A stretch of DNA of 64,000 nucleotides from Ptychomitrium polyphyllum. Lineage: Eukaryota. Numbering within the stretch: position 1 is the stretch's first letter; each line of letters begins with the position of its first letter. The stretch is taken from the NCBI GenBank assembly GCA_973851085.1, contig OZ316775.1:21018001-21082000 (forward strand), read 5' to 3'. A program made the position numbers and the translations under genes. Shown here in pieces: positions 14,082 to 26,737 of the stretch. Below the pieces are notes generated by a model. It was not told where the DNA came from and searched no databases. It saw nothing but the letters and a program-made list of their open reading frames with translations.

Positions 14082-14210
14082 GTGACCTCCCAGGCTTTGA
14101 CAAGAATCACTGCAAGCATACAGAACCCACACCCTACCCAAAAGTAACAGTCTCCGTCCCCTCTGAACTTTAATGACTCAAATGTACGTCCTTCGTATGT
14201 TCCTTGCTCT

Positions 14211-14332
14211 ATATATACACACATACATAAATACATACATACACACACACACCTATATATATATATAATTATTTTTTTAAAATTTAAAATTTAAATTTTT
14301 TTAAAATTTTAATATGTATATGTATATGTATG
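14211..14332. repeat. Compound (TA)/(CA)/(TACA) low-complexity repeat
   Basis: Runs of TA, CA, ATAC and TATG around a central A/T-only tract. Confidence 0.75.
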
Positions 14333-14760
14333 TGGTGAGTATATTGGTAACGTGATTGGAAATCAATATGGATTCTCAAGTACAAGTGTGAATATTTGAA
14401 TGGTGGCCCTTTTTGAAACACATATGTATCATTTGTGAACATTGCATATAATTTTTAAATGGTTTAGAATTTCAAAGGAAGTAGAAGATGCTTTGCGTTC
14501 TTTTTGCATATTTACGGAAAATATTTCTTATAGATCCTATACCATTTCGAAATTACAAACAATGCTCACGCCGCAAACCATTTCTCCAAATAAAATCACC
14601 AGTCATGTCCTTGATACTTTAATTGATTTACTTTTAGACTACCAACACGTCCATAATAGATGTAGAAAAAGTGTAGATAATGGTATAACTCACTCTCTTT
14701 TGAAGCGAAAAATCAATATTAATTATAGCAAAGGCATGCAACACTATGTGCATAGAAAAA

Positions 14761-14789
14761 TGACCTCGGTTGACCCCTAGGTTGACCCC
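14761..14789 (+). promoter_or_regulatory. Tandem W-box-like (TTGACC) motifs
   Basis: TGACCtcggTTGACCcctaggTTGACCcc: three TGACC cores, with the direct repeat GGTTGACCCC present twice. Confidence 0.4.
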
Positions 14790-16894
14790 GGCTACCTCAA
14801 ACGGCAACAGAACAAGGGCTCATTTGCTCATTTGCTATTTCCGATGATTGCACTATCCCTTCTAAGGTGGGTGTGCAGAGGGGCCAATGAAGAATGTGAA
14901 TAAGATCTATTTCAGGAAACGCATTCCATGTAGGTCTGAAAAGGAAAAGGAAGGACGAGCAAAGGAGGGGAAAGAAAAGGCAGGGGAAGAAAAGGAAGGG
15001 AAAGAAAAGGAGAAGGACGAGCAGAGGGCAGGCGGTGAGGGATTTAGGGGCAGTGACGCCTGAGGGCATGGGGGCGGCAGACCATGGTTGTGGTTGCGTA
15101 CCTCCCGGATTTCGTCGCAATCACACACCCAAGGTGCAGTTTTTGGAGGCACTTACTGGCATTCCGGACAGATACAGTTGTTAGTTTTTGAGCTGGACGT
15201 GGTTTTTCACGTCTCCGAGCGATCGGCATGTTTTATTGCGCTAATTTTGGGCACTGGAGTTACCAGAACAACGCTAGTGAAGTTGGTTGTTTGTGGTTCG
15301 GGTGTGGCAAGCATCACCGGGCCAGTATGTGCCTGGGCGTGGGGTGCGAGTGTTGCATGACAAGGGGGGAGTGATAGAGGAGATTCACGTCATCAACAGT
15401 GGTTCAATGTGTGCCAGGTTTGCCTCGATCGACACTTGCCATGGCTGCATGTATGTTGTGTGTTGTGCATTGGAGCCCAGAATGTGCATTGGTGCTTTTT
15501 GGTGTCCTGTTGGAGTTTTTGGTGCCCTTCTGGTCCTGGGTGATGGTTTCGTGGTGTCTTCGTGATGCTGCTTGATTTCAATGGCGAATGATCTTCCTGT
15601 TGGTTCTGAGACTTTTCTGATTGACTGGTGAGGGAGAACTTGTTCGTCTCTGTGACGAGATGGGTGACGAAGTTGTTGTTGTTCTTGTTGATGTTGTGTT
15701 TTCGTGTCTATGGTGTCTGTTGTGGAGGGTGTAGGTTTTTTCTGAGTTGCGATGCGTTTTAGTAGGAACCTTGAGAATGGCATGGTTGGCGATTTGCATG
15801 GCACTGCTCAGGTGGGCTCTTCCGTGCCGTGTGAGTGTAACCTAACTGGGAAAGCTTCATTCGTAGAGTTAATGTGAGCTGCGGCTCGAGTTTCATTTTT
15901 AGGTCCCTGTAGAGCGTGCAATTGAGCTGTCCGGGGGAAAAGCACATGCAACTGCGGTTTCTGTTGCATTTCCCTCAATGCACATCTGTGTATTCGGGCA
16001 AATTGCATTGGATGCTGTTGAGAGTCGAGAGAATCGGGTATTGCAGGGTTCCCTTATCTTCGAAGCAGATAGCAGTAGTGGCAATCAGATTTGCGTCACT
16101 TTGTAGTGTGTACTTCAGATGGAGGCTTGTGGGTCACGGACAACCGTAAAGAGTGTCAAATGGTTTACTTCTCGAGGTTATTACCATGTCCATCGAAATC
16201 CATAGAGTGCTGCCATGCTTCGATGGGATCCTTAGAACTGTCGAAGGACGAATGACAAGTAGGTGTTTATGTTCTATAGAGCCTAGCTATAATTGGTTTT
16301 TGTGTGCTTGCATTTGTCAGCCCCTAGCGTGTTTAGAATTTCTGATATTCAATGTTAGTAGTCTTTCACTAAGTGACATCCGCATTTACTAGTTTTCTAC
16401 TGTCCGCAGCAGGGCCGTCGTATAACAGAGGTTTGTTGTGAGCTAGACCCTCGACGGCTGGATGGCTCCACTTGTGTATGACTTTTAGGTTGCAAACAGA
16501 CACGGCTTGTGCAATTGAAATTGTGCAAACAGTGCATGAGTGCTCATACGCTATGGCTGATACTGATTTGTGGTTTGTTTCGTTTATGCAGAACGACACT
16601 TTTAACCTCGGATTCAGGAGGTATGCAGCAGCTTTTTACCCAACCATTTGCATTGTCTTTGAAGGGAATTTAAAGTTCAGTTGGTTACTGTATTTTTTTG
16701 CATCCCCTTTCCGTTTGGAATCAGCTGGCTTTATGCTGAGACCTCAGTTATACAATTGGGTCTCCTTTCCCTCTCTCGGTCGACGACTTCTGTGTGTTAA
16801 TGATGTACCCATCAGTAAGAATAAAGTTTTTGAATACTCAACACTCTCTCACCAGCAGGACGACTTATGCAGTGTGATCTTGACGGCTTGCAAG

Positions 16895-19800
16895 ATGGCT
16901 GGAGCTCAAGTTTATGACGACAATGGCATCCCCAGCTCTAGTGCGAATTTGATCGGAATGAAGGAGGATCATCAGGCACGTTTGGATTTGCAAACGGAAA
17001 GCGATACAGATTTCAGGTTTGCTGCTGCCTCTGTCGTGCCTGCCTGGATTCCTGTAAATTTTGTTGCTATATTCCTCTATGAAAGATGACGGACGACTGA
17101 GTCATGATCAGAATTTAATTTGGAAATGTTACTGTCTGCTTGGTAACAAAGAGAAATGACCTGATTTGATCGGATTGCATCCTCGTGTACAGAATTAGCT
17201 GTGTATAAATATAATCTTCTCAATAATAATGAGAGTCCCACATTAAGATGGTGCGTAAATTGATTTTTTCATGTTTGATGAGAGATGAATCCTTTTAGGG
17301 TAGCTAGGTTGCAAACTCTTTCGGGTGCGCAGAGTGTTGTGTACTGTGCTTTTTGAAAGGAAAGGATAGGAAGCATGGTAATCATATGTTGACTGCTGGT
17401 TTTGAGTTGCTCGATACTCAAATTGGGATTAAACAGGCCTATTCAAGTGCATGGAGGTGTTTTTGGGGACACGAACGGGAGTGATTTGCGAACAGAAAGG
17501 GAGAAGCAATCAGATTGGTCTCAATTGGAAGGAGGCGCCGCATTAAGTTTTCGGAGCAACAATTCAAAGAACACTGCAAACAAGCAGTCACCCCCTAGTT
17601 TGAAGGCTATGGCAGACAGGAACTCTAGTGACGCTCATTCTGCAAGTCTGCCAAAAGTTAGATACGATGACGATGTTGAGGCTTCCCAGTTCTCATCGTC
17701 TGGGATTGCTGAGCCGAGTCTAGATAGCGTCATTGATGATATCGATCAAAACCACCGATTGCAAAATACCCAATCCATGCCTGTGTGGATGCCGTCGGTG
17801 GTTGCAACCACTATCAGTGAGGGTGCTGAGGAGCAAGCATTTCAAAGGATTGACGACATATCCTTGGATAAGCTGAGAGATGATGTTGACAAAGCGTATA
17901 GTCCACCACTTCCAGGAAACGAATCCTCGTCGGGTATGACATCCTGTAACATTTTAGCACATGCATGTTTTTGTTGGAGTGGCTATTGCGTTAACAGATT
18001 TGGGTGGACGATAAATAAAAGATAAGCATCGAACAATCGAATACTGGAGTTTAGTGCCTCTACAAATCTCTCGATTCCTTTGAGAGTTGTCTTGAGAGTA
18101 AGCCCATCTCTATACATGATGGTTGAAGAATTGTACTCTTAGTTTCATGTGTTTTGTGATTACAGAGAGCCACCTTGGTAAGACGAAATCTTTGACGAGC
18201 ATGACATCACCTGACGCTGCCCATCGTCTGCCTTACACCGATAATACAGGCAGGCGAGAAAGGAAGAACGCCGAGAATGCCAACATTCGCAATGTTGCTG
18301 ACAAATACTCTGACAGAAAAAAGGTAGCTCTTTCTACGAAGATCTTAAAAACTTGCTAATATGAAAGAAATGTTACGACTCTCACATTGCAGGCAAGTTT
18401 ATGGAAGGTTTTTATGTATGGAAAGTTGAACAAAGTTCATTTTGTTCTGGATGTCAGGTGGTTGACAAAATCTTACTACGATCGTTTGGACTGAGTGTGT
18501 AAGAGTTGTAGAGCGCTATACTGTTTTGAAGTAGGTTAATTCCAACCTTCTTTCTTGTTCACCTCTCACATGCTATATTCTTTTGGCAGAAAAAACTCAT
18601 CAAGAAATTAACTAGGGTTCAGAAGGATGGAGGAGTAGACTTTGATTTTGGAGGAAGTACGGAAATGGCTGCGGATTTGTTTGGGCCCGAAGCATCTGGG
18701 AGTCCTGGAAACGAGTACATGGAGGATGAGGAGGATGAAAATTGGCAGCCAGTTCCCCCTCTTAAGGTTGTGATGCTAATTGTCGGTACTCGAGGTGATG
18801 TTCAGCCATTTCTCGCCATAGGAAAGAGAATGCAGGTCCTCTCTCTAGACTTACTCATTATGTTGTTAACATAAGTTTTTCTGTTTGGCCTTTTGATTTT
18901 GAATGCACACTAGAATAGTTAATGCATCATGAATATGCTACTAAACGAGTTCTTATTCCTCTGGTTGGTACTAGGAAAGTCCGAAGGAACTGTATATATG
19001 TGTGCCATATGCATGAATTTTATGTTCAGGTGGGTATGGTTATAGGAGTATGGCCATCGCGTGAGGCTGGCATCGCATGCAAATTTCAAAGATTTCGTTA
19101 AAACAGCAGGCTTAGAGTTTTATCCTCTAGGAGGTGATCCTAAGGTTCTCGCAGAATGTACGTCCTTTTTCATTTTTGAATATCCATTAACTTGCTTACA
19201 TATTCCTTTTAGTGTAACATTTCTTAATGGTTTGGTAGTTTGATTTCTCTATTGGATAACGTCGTAAACATTTCGTGTTATGTCAGATATGGTGAAGAAC
19301 AAGGGCTTTCTGTCTACAGGACCTAAGGAGGTCAAAATTCAAAGAAAGCAGATCAAATTAATCGTCAACTCTTTATTAGCACCATGCATTGAGCCAGATA
19401 TGGATTCTGGTGTTCCCTTCAATGCGCAAGTTATCATCGCTAATCCTCCAGCTTATGGTACTCTTTAATCCACACAGGACAATCATGCACATGTTTGATA
19501 GCAAATCATTTGAAGTTGAGCAACTGTAGTAATTTTATCATCTGGGTGCTTCAAAGGACATACGAAGCATATTTTGTTTGGCTCACTACTAATTTGTGTA
19601 TGTTGTCGCACAGGTCATGTGCATGTTGCGGAGTATCTCAACATCCCTTTGCACATCTATTTTACAATGCCGTGGACGTATGCTTTCTTAGCCTTTTTTA
19701 TCATCTCATTCCTAACCTGATAAGCAATAAATCTGCAGACTGTTTGACGAATCTTTGGGGTTTGTCTGTTTAAGTAGTGATCCATCCATTTCTCTTCAAT

Positions 19801-22800
19801 TGTTTTGCAAACACGAGTATGATGTAGTAGACTTGCTGAAGTCCTGTCTTGCCCTCAATAGGACAATTTGGCATGCTATTGCTTGATGTCCTTTTTCAGT
19901 CGATTCAATCTTTTAACATATGTTGTTGAGCTGAAACAGACCAACCTCCGCATTTCCACACCCTCTGTCACGTATAAGCAAACCAGCTGGCTTCAGAGTA
20001 AGTATTGGCTATTTTCTCCATATATCTGGGTTTTGTAAGTTCTTCTATGGATTCATGTTGCCCTAGATTGGGGTCTTACAATCTAGAAATCAGTTCGAGA
20101 ATAATTGTTTCCCTGAGTGTATTTCAGCTATCGTATCAAGTGGTGGACTCAATGATTTGGTTAGGAATAAGAAGCATCATTAATGATTTCCGCAAGGAGA
20201 AGTTGAAGCTCCGGCCCATTCCTTATTTGAGCTCCCAAGGTTCACTGGCTGATTTACCAACAGGCTATATGTGGAGTCCACAACTTGTACCAAAACCGGA
20301 TGGTATGTTACTAGCTCGATTCCTCATTTCATAGTAGTTTAGAACAATGGAGGGGAATACCCTTTGGAAAAGTGAACTTAATGAAGATTCTTCTTTTCTA
20401 ATCCATGAGTAAACGCCACATCTAGTGCATGAATTCTCAAAGTCCCATCTCATTGCAAAGTATGCTTAAATACTATTTCCAAAGGGTAGTTCAAGCTTCT
20501 GTTTAAGAATGCTATCGTTGGAGCTGGCATGCTATGCTTTGAACTTATGAATGTACATTAATCAACCATCACCGAAGTGTAGTGTTGATGTAAAACTATA
20601 TTCTCAATGTTGTATTTTGCAGATTGGGGACCTCTGGTTGATGTTGTAGGATTTTGCTTCTTGCATCAAGCCTCTGAATACAAGCCTCCTGAAGACCTGG
20701 CGAAGTTTCTGAAAGCAGGACCTGCACCTATTTATGTTGGTTTTGGTAGCCTTGTAAGTTGCAAATATTTGAAATGCCGCATTTTTATTTTATCTTAAAT
20801 TCACCGTACTGTTCATTAGCTTATGAAATGTATTGGACACATAGAGGTTCATATCACTGCTCTATATTCCATTTACGAGACGGACTTTTGGCACTTGTGG
20901 GATAATGACTGCAGGCCCTGGTGCTGAAAATTGCATCGCTGGATATGTTTTTTCGTTTTCAGTTCTTGCTTTGGATTAGTCCAAGCTATGTGGAGTTAAT
21001 ATATTTCTATAGAATGTCAACGAACAGGCGCTAGGCGATAAGCCTTGTTCCTTAAATTTTCTTTTTCATAGTAGGTGAAGAGCGTGTGGGAGGTCTTTCT
21101 TTGGTTGAGCCTTTCATATGATCTTTACTTTGGTTAATGGGCAATTTATGGTTCTTTCTGCTCTGCTTCAGCCTGTCGGCGATCCAGAAGGTATGACAAA
21201 GACGATCATCGAATCATTAAAAGAAACCAAGCAGCGTGGAGTTATCAATCAAGGATGGGGCGGACTGGGCAAGCGTGCGTTTGTGTCCATTGTAATTCAG
21301 CTGTGTTTGTTCTAGTTAGCGATTCATTTGTTCAAATTGAATTGTTTATACTGAACTCAAATATTTATTTTTCTGGATTGTGATGGCAATTTTTTACCGC
21401 TTTATAGATTGTATTCCCTTGTGCTGTTTATGGAATGAACTGAGCATCTGAGCTGGAAAATCTTTTAATGAATCAAAAGTTGCACAAATTATAATGTTCT
21501 TAGAAATAAAATTTAGGTATGTTTGTATTTAGATTTTGTAGCAAAGAAGTTTTATTATCAGATTTTGGATCGGCGCGTGTTATCTTCTAATATTGTCCTA
21601 TTTCTTTTGCAGTAGCGGAGAGTTTGGACTTCGTGTACCTTGTGCAGGATTGCCCTCATGATTGGCTTTTCCCTCGGTGTGCAGCTGTGGTACGTATCGT
21701 CTCACTTCACTTGGATATTCGAGGATTTACTATTGCGATATTATAGCAACTCTATTAGGTTGAAACTGGGAACATAAGTAGGCTTCTCTGCGGTTACTTT
21801 TATGCCAGACTTCAGCACCAATGTCGTCACTCATAGGTTTAAATGTATCAAAGCATTTTTATACAACTATACACTCGCTAGTTTACGACAACAACTGTAC
21901 ATGCTTATATTTGTCACTGAGGTCGTCAAAGAAAATTGTTTTTCAATCTGATTATTTGCACGTGTTATTTGGTTAATGCTGATGCTCTTTTTCCGTGCAA
22001 TATTGGGCAGGTTCATCATGGTGGTGCAGGAACTGTTGCAGCGGGTCTCAAGGCTGCGGTAATCATACTTGTCATGAGTCACTTCTAGAGTTGTTCTCAT
22101 GATTGTGGTCATATTTGAGCTCTATTTCTTTTTCTCCTTGATTATGAGCTGCCTTCTAGTTTTGCTTGATATTCATCGATCACAATATGCTTATTTACAC
22201 GACATTTGCATACATAGAGTAGGAGGCATAAAGGAGAGTTGACCGCACACGTGATTTTGACAGTAGAAAATCTGTTGTTAGATTCGATATTGTGGAATTT
22301 GCAGCTGTTGTGTGATACGCAGTTAATGATCAATCAAATTGGATAAAATGGTTAGATGTATTTACGAACATGGCTCTCAATGAACATTTCTATCAGAGTT
22401 TTTCCTCCCGTGAGTAGGTGCTAATTCAGATGCCGGAACATTTGAACATGGGGCAATTTGATCAGCACATTTGCTGATATATATCTTAGCATTTTAGGCT
22501 GTAGTCAAGCTGAAATTAATACCTTTGACTCGTGTTTACAGTGTCCAACAACAGTTGTGCCATTTTTTGGAGATCAGCCTTTCTGGGGAAGCCGGATTCA
22601 TGAGCGGGGTGTTGGACCAGAACCAATTCCAGTCGATCAATTTTCTGTTCAAAAGCTTGTTGACGCCATCAACTTCATGTTGAAACCTGAGGTGCGTCTA
22701 TTCATTTATCATTTGTGAGTACTGTTTGTAGTCGTGATTGTATAATGATGATGTCTGGTGCTTCTAATTAAAACGACATTTTTTTCATTCGGTCATAAAA

Positions 22801-23260
22801 CCGTGGGAAAGCCACATTCTTAGTATGATATTCTCTGCATGCCTCGAGTCTGCTTCTATGATGCGCAAATTTGTGGTTGCTACCTCTTCATCAAAGATCA
22901 ATCAACTTCCCTCCTTACAGTAGTGTATAAAATTGAGGAAATCCATAATTAGTGTGCTGGAATCAAGGGAAAGCCTTGTAATTGCGTAGTATCCATTTCC
23001 TAAATAGTTCCTGTGCTGACCTTCATGTTTTACTTGTGAGCGAGCAGGTGAAGGAAAAAGCCCTGGGAATTTCGAAAGCAATGGAGGCTGAAGATGGGGT
23101 TCAAGGTGCTTGCGATGCGTTTCACAAACACATCAGAAAACGAATACCTGAATTAATGCCTGAAACACCACCTTCATCCCCACCTCGAAAATCAAAAGGA
23201 GAAAAGTTCAGCAACTTTTGTACTTCTTGTTGGACGTGTCAAAAGAGCAAATCAAACTGA
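16895..23260 (+). CDS. UGT80: UDP-glucose:sterol 3-beta-glucosyltransferase (UGT80 family), 15 exons, ~774 aa
   Basis: Exons 16895-17016, 17437-17933, 18166-18323, 18590-18835, 19046-19157, 19287-19457, 19614-19677, 19940-19997, 20128-20302, 20623-20753, 21172-21274, 21613-21689, 22011-22058, 22542-22691, 23048-23260 sum to 2325 nt. Motifs include VMLIVGTRGDVQPF, IIANPPAYGH, IYVGFGSL, CPHDWLF, VHHGGAGT and VPFFGDQPFWG. The start exon is less certain than the catalytic exons. Confidence 0.92.
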
Positions 23261-24248
23261 GTGATCTTGCACTATTGCTTGTTCAATCAGACCTTTCTTG
23301 CTTAACTAGGAACTAGGATTTGTGAATGTAGCATAGTGGTTTTATCTGTAGTTATGATTCGAGAAGCATATTGCTTGCAAAGTTGCTTATTTGGTTGAAG
23401 TTTAGCATTGTGGCGAAGACTATAGAAAACGGAGTTTCAGTTTATTATTTGTAAATTCACTTCTCATTCATATATCTTGGAGCGTTTTCAATGTTGTTTT
23501 CTTTATAGCTGAAAGATCTTTTTAGATTCAATACTGGAGTTGCTCGTTTGGAGGATAGCTGTAAATTATTACCAAATTATATCCTGAAGAGTGCCTGGGG
23601 TAAGGATTTGATATGTTTCTATATGAGCTTCTTTGTACATCGTTATCAATTGAGTACAAATTTCAAAATGTTCATGTTATGGAACATTTCATGTCACATA
23701 ACATTATTCAATGTAGATTAGTTACTTACTATGAAGATCCATATTAAGGAAAATCATGTCCTGAATGACTTTCTTAATGGTCATGTTTTAGGGCCAATTT
23801 ACATGCGAGTTAAAAAAGCCAATTTTTTCGGAAGTGAATTCAGCCCCTTGAAGTCATCTTCAAACCATTTTCTTTCATTTGTTGAATTGTGTTTAAAACA
23901 CAGGATGTTCCAACAATAATACACTTTATCCAAACTACCCAAAATATTATCTTAGTATCATTTTGGTTGGGTTGGGACCATTTTGCACATCGAAACTTTC
24001 ACCAAGAGAATGGAAAATAAGTGACCCTTGATGCTGATGTTTAATATTATAAAAGCAAATGTTTGACCATTATCACATAACTGTAGGATCCAGGACTTAG
24101 AGTGAGATCAGCTTTCTTGTGAATGTGTTTCAAGAAGGAATAACTCACGTATGCCTTACAATCACGGTGGTTCAATGTTGAAGAGAATAGTGGTACTCAT
24201 ACTCATCAGGAAATACATTATGCATTACTGGAGGCTTTAAAGGCTACC

Positions 24249-26320
24249 ATGTTGAAGATTCTAGGCCTCGTCGTTGTACTTCAGATTTTGGCAAACGGTG
24301 CATTGGTCAGTGGGAACTATTTCCCAGCTGTTTTTAGTTTTTGGACTTCCAAGGCTGACACATGCATTGCGAGGTTGAAGAATAGCTTGCCTTTCCATAT
24401 GATGAGACGTTCCCTGGATTTCCTTTCAACCGATGGTTACCTGGTCATCGACTGGATGCGTAAGAGCCTCACCTGGCACGCATATCAAATTACCATGTAG
24501 TTATACGTGATGATATCGTTTGTCAAAGATCCGAACAACTAGCTGACTTACGAGAGGTGCACATTTGACTCCATTGTACTCTCTTGCACTACTCTGGATT
24601 TATCATACTGTACATCAACCAGGTAGTAAATATTTATGTCTGCTACGGACCCTTGATCATTATACCAGAAGGAGGTTGTGCAGAAAATAGCACCTGCATA
24701 TACCATTAAAAATCTGATGTTTTCTTTTGAAACTCAGACAGGATTGGCTTAAAATTTACCGTTACTGGATTCTTCTCTAAATTTAACCGGAAATTTTCCA
24801 TTCGGCGTCAGCGTCGCCCTTGATGCTGCCATAGCACGAGAGGAGTTTGCCTCTACAATACTTCGAGGATGTTGAATTCAGGACCGAAGCAGCTACTCTG
24901 CCATTACCATCAACAGGTGCAAGAGGCTCCTAATATATTCACAGGATCATGTCCATGGATTACAACCTTGAAAGTTGTTCTAGCCTTTTTGGTACTGCAG
25001 TCCTATCATCCTATGTGTCAACAGACTCGTGAATGTATATTTCAAGAGATTTTCACAAATGTTGACTAAACAACACGAAGCAGCCATAATGAACTAAACA
25101 ACAGCATCTGACCAGCTAACGTTATCAAGCTTTTACCAGAGCAGAAATCACATAGCAAAGCTGGTAATTATCTCATTATTGGTGTATCGCGCGAAGCTAC
25201 TTCCTATTAGCACATTTAATGAAGAACTGTATGTGATTTCCACCAGCGAGAAAGGTAATCGTAAAGAGCTTTTGCTGGGCATGTCTTGACCAAATAAATG
25301 CAAGCGTCCCCGGCGTTGTGGCTGCAATTCTAAATGCCACGGAGGTTGGCATGACTCTTCTCAGTCAATACTGAAGCTGGAATTTCTTTCTTAAGTTATC
25401 ATGTGATGAAGAGCTAATATTTAGATCTTATTCCAACCCTGAGATGTCAATTTGTCTGTAATGTTGCATCTCATCAATGACTAAGCAACTCTCTCCTAGA
25501 CACAGAGTTATAAGAGTGGGGCATCCTGACAAAACGCATACGTACGATCAGGAGCATGTAGGATGTGCTATTTCGTCTACTTTCTAACTCTTCAATACTC
25601 TGGATCGACATATGTGGCAGTCTACCAGTGCAAGAAGAGATGCACAACCGTCCAAGCCGTAGCACCGTGACAATCCTTGCCGACCCACATGGTTATAATA
25701 TTATGTAGTTTAGAAGTTTTAATTGCTTTTTGGTGGCATATTGCAGAAGCTGTACTGCAGAGGAGCCAGAAACTTTTTTCATAGTCGGCACTGCTCGAGA
25801 CGGATGTACACCACTTGTGGCAACTGTCACGACTCAAAAACAACCATCAACTGTACAGTCTGACCAGTTTTGATGTGTGGTGCCTTATGATTACATTCTG
25901 CAGCAGCATCACAGGGCCGGTACACCTGAGGTCTATGCATCCAAATGCAACATTCATTTTTGGGGACTTTTTTGGAGCTAATAGGCATATCCTCCACAAT
26001 GCCACTCAGCTTGGTGACTTGAACCACAAAATTGATGAGGCAATATGATTTGTGTACTTGACTTACTCCGGTGATTCAAGTCTCTTATCTACCATTGTAA
26101 GACTACGCTTTCTTGTACTCAGGTGCTTCCGTTCCATCAAATCTCCTTAAGAAACAATCCTCTACTCGTTTGTTAGACCAAATTTTTCAAGTTTAAGAGG
26201 ACTAGTATCAAACGTTTTTAACAAAGTTTCTGTTGATGACGGGTGTAACAGAACGAGTTGCAGTATGTTGTGGAGGTGGCGATCTAGCTTACAATTACAG
26301 CTCTCTTGTCATGTGGCGAC
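24249..26320 (+). pseudogene. Degenerate GDSL/SGNH esterase-lipase
   Basis: In family order: signal peptide, FPAVFSFWTSKADT (corrupted FGDSxxDTG block I), STDGYLVIDW, GNFPFGVSVA (GxNFA block II-like), VPGVVAAILNATE, LRSMHPNATFIFGDFF and CCGGG-YNY. The segments are broken by stops and frameshifts, and no intact DGxH motif is seen. Confidence 0.75.
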
Positions 26321-26737
26321 TTAGGAGTTATCCATTATAATAGTATTCATTATGATGGGAAATTTCTAAGTCCTAAAATACTTTTTGGCATGAAATAAAT
26401 ATAAAAGGGATTAAATTATTTTAGATAAACTGTTATGTTTTTAAATTTATATAGCAACTCTCTTGCCAATAAATGAGCTAAAGCAGATAAAAGCCATTGA
26501 CTTTGTAGTTTAAAGGGTCACTTGATATATAATTAAGCTTGAGTCCACCTAAATTTCTTAATCTTCATCACAATGTCATACTTGTATCTTTTAAGTTTCT
26601 TTGCTGACTCAACCGATTCAGCCAATCTTCATGTTCTATCTGAAATGAAGCAGGTCAAACCATTTATGATCTAATTGTAAAGTACCTACTATGAGCATTA
26701 TTTTTTATGTTCTGGAGTGTATTTTTGGTCGTGACAG

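Noticed and set aside
14211..14335. Potential long hairpin / miRNA precursor
   Set aside because: The complementarity comes only from TA/CA/TG low-complexity runs.
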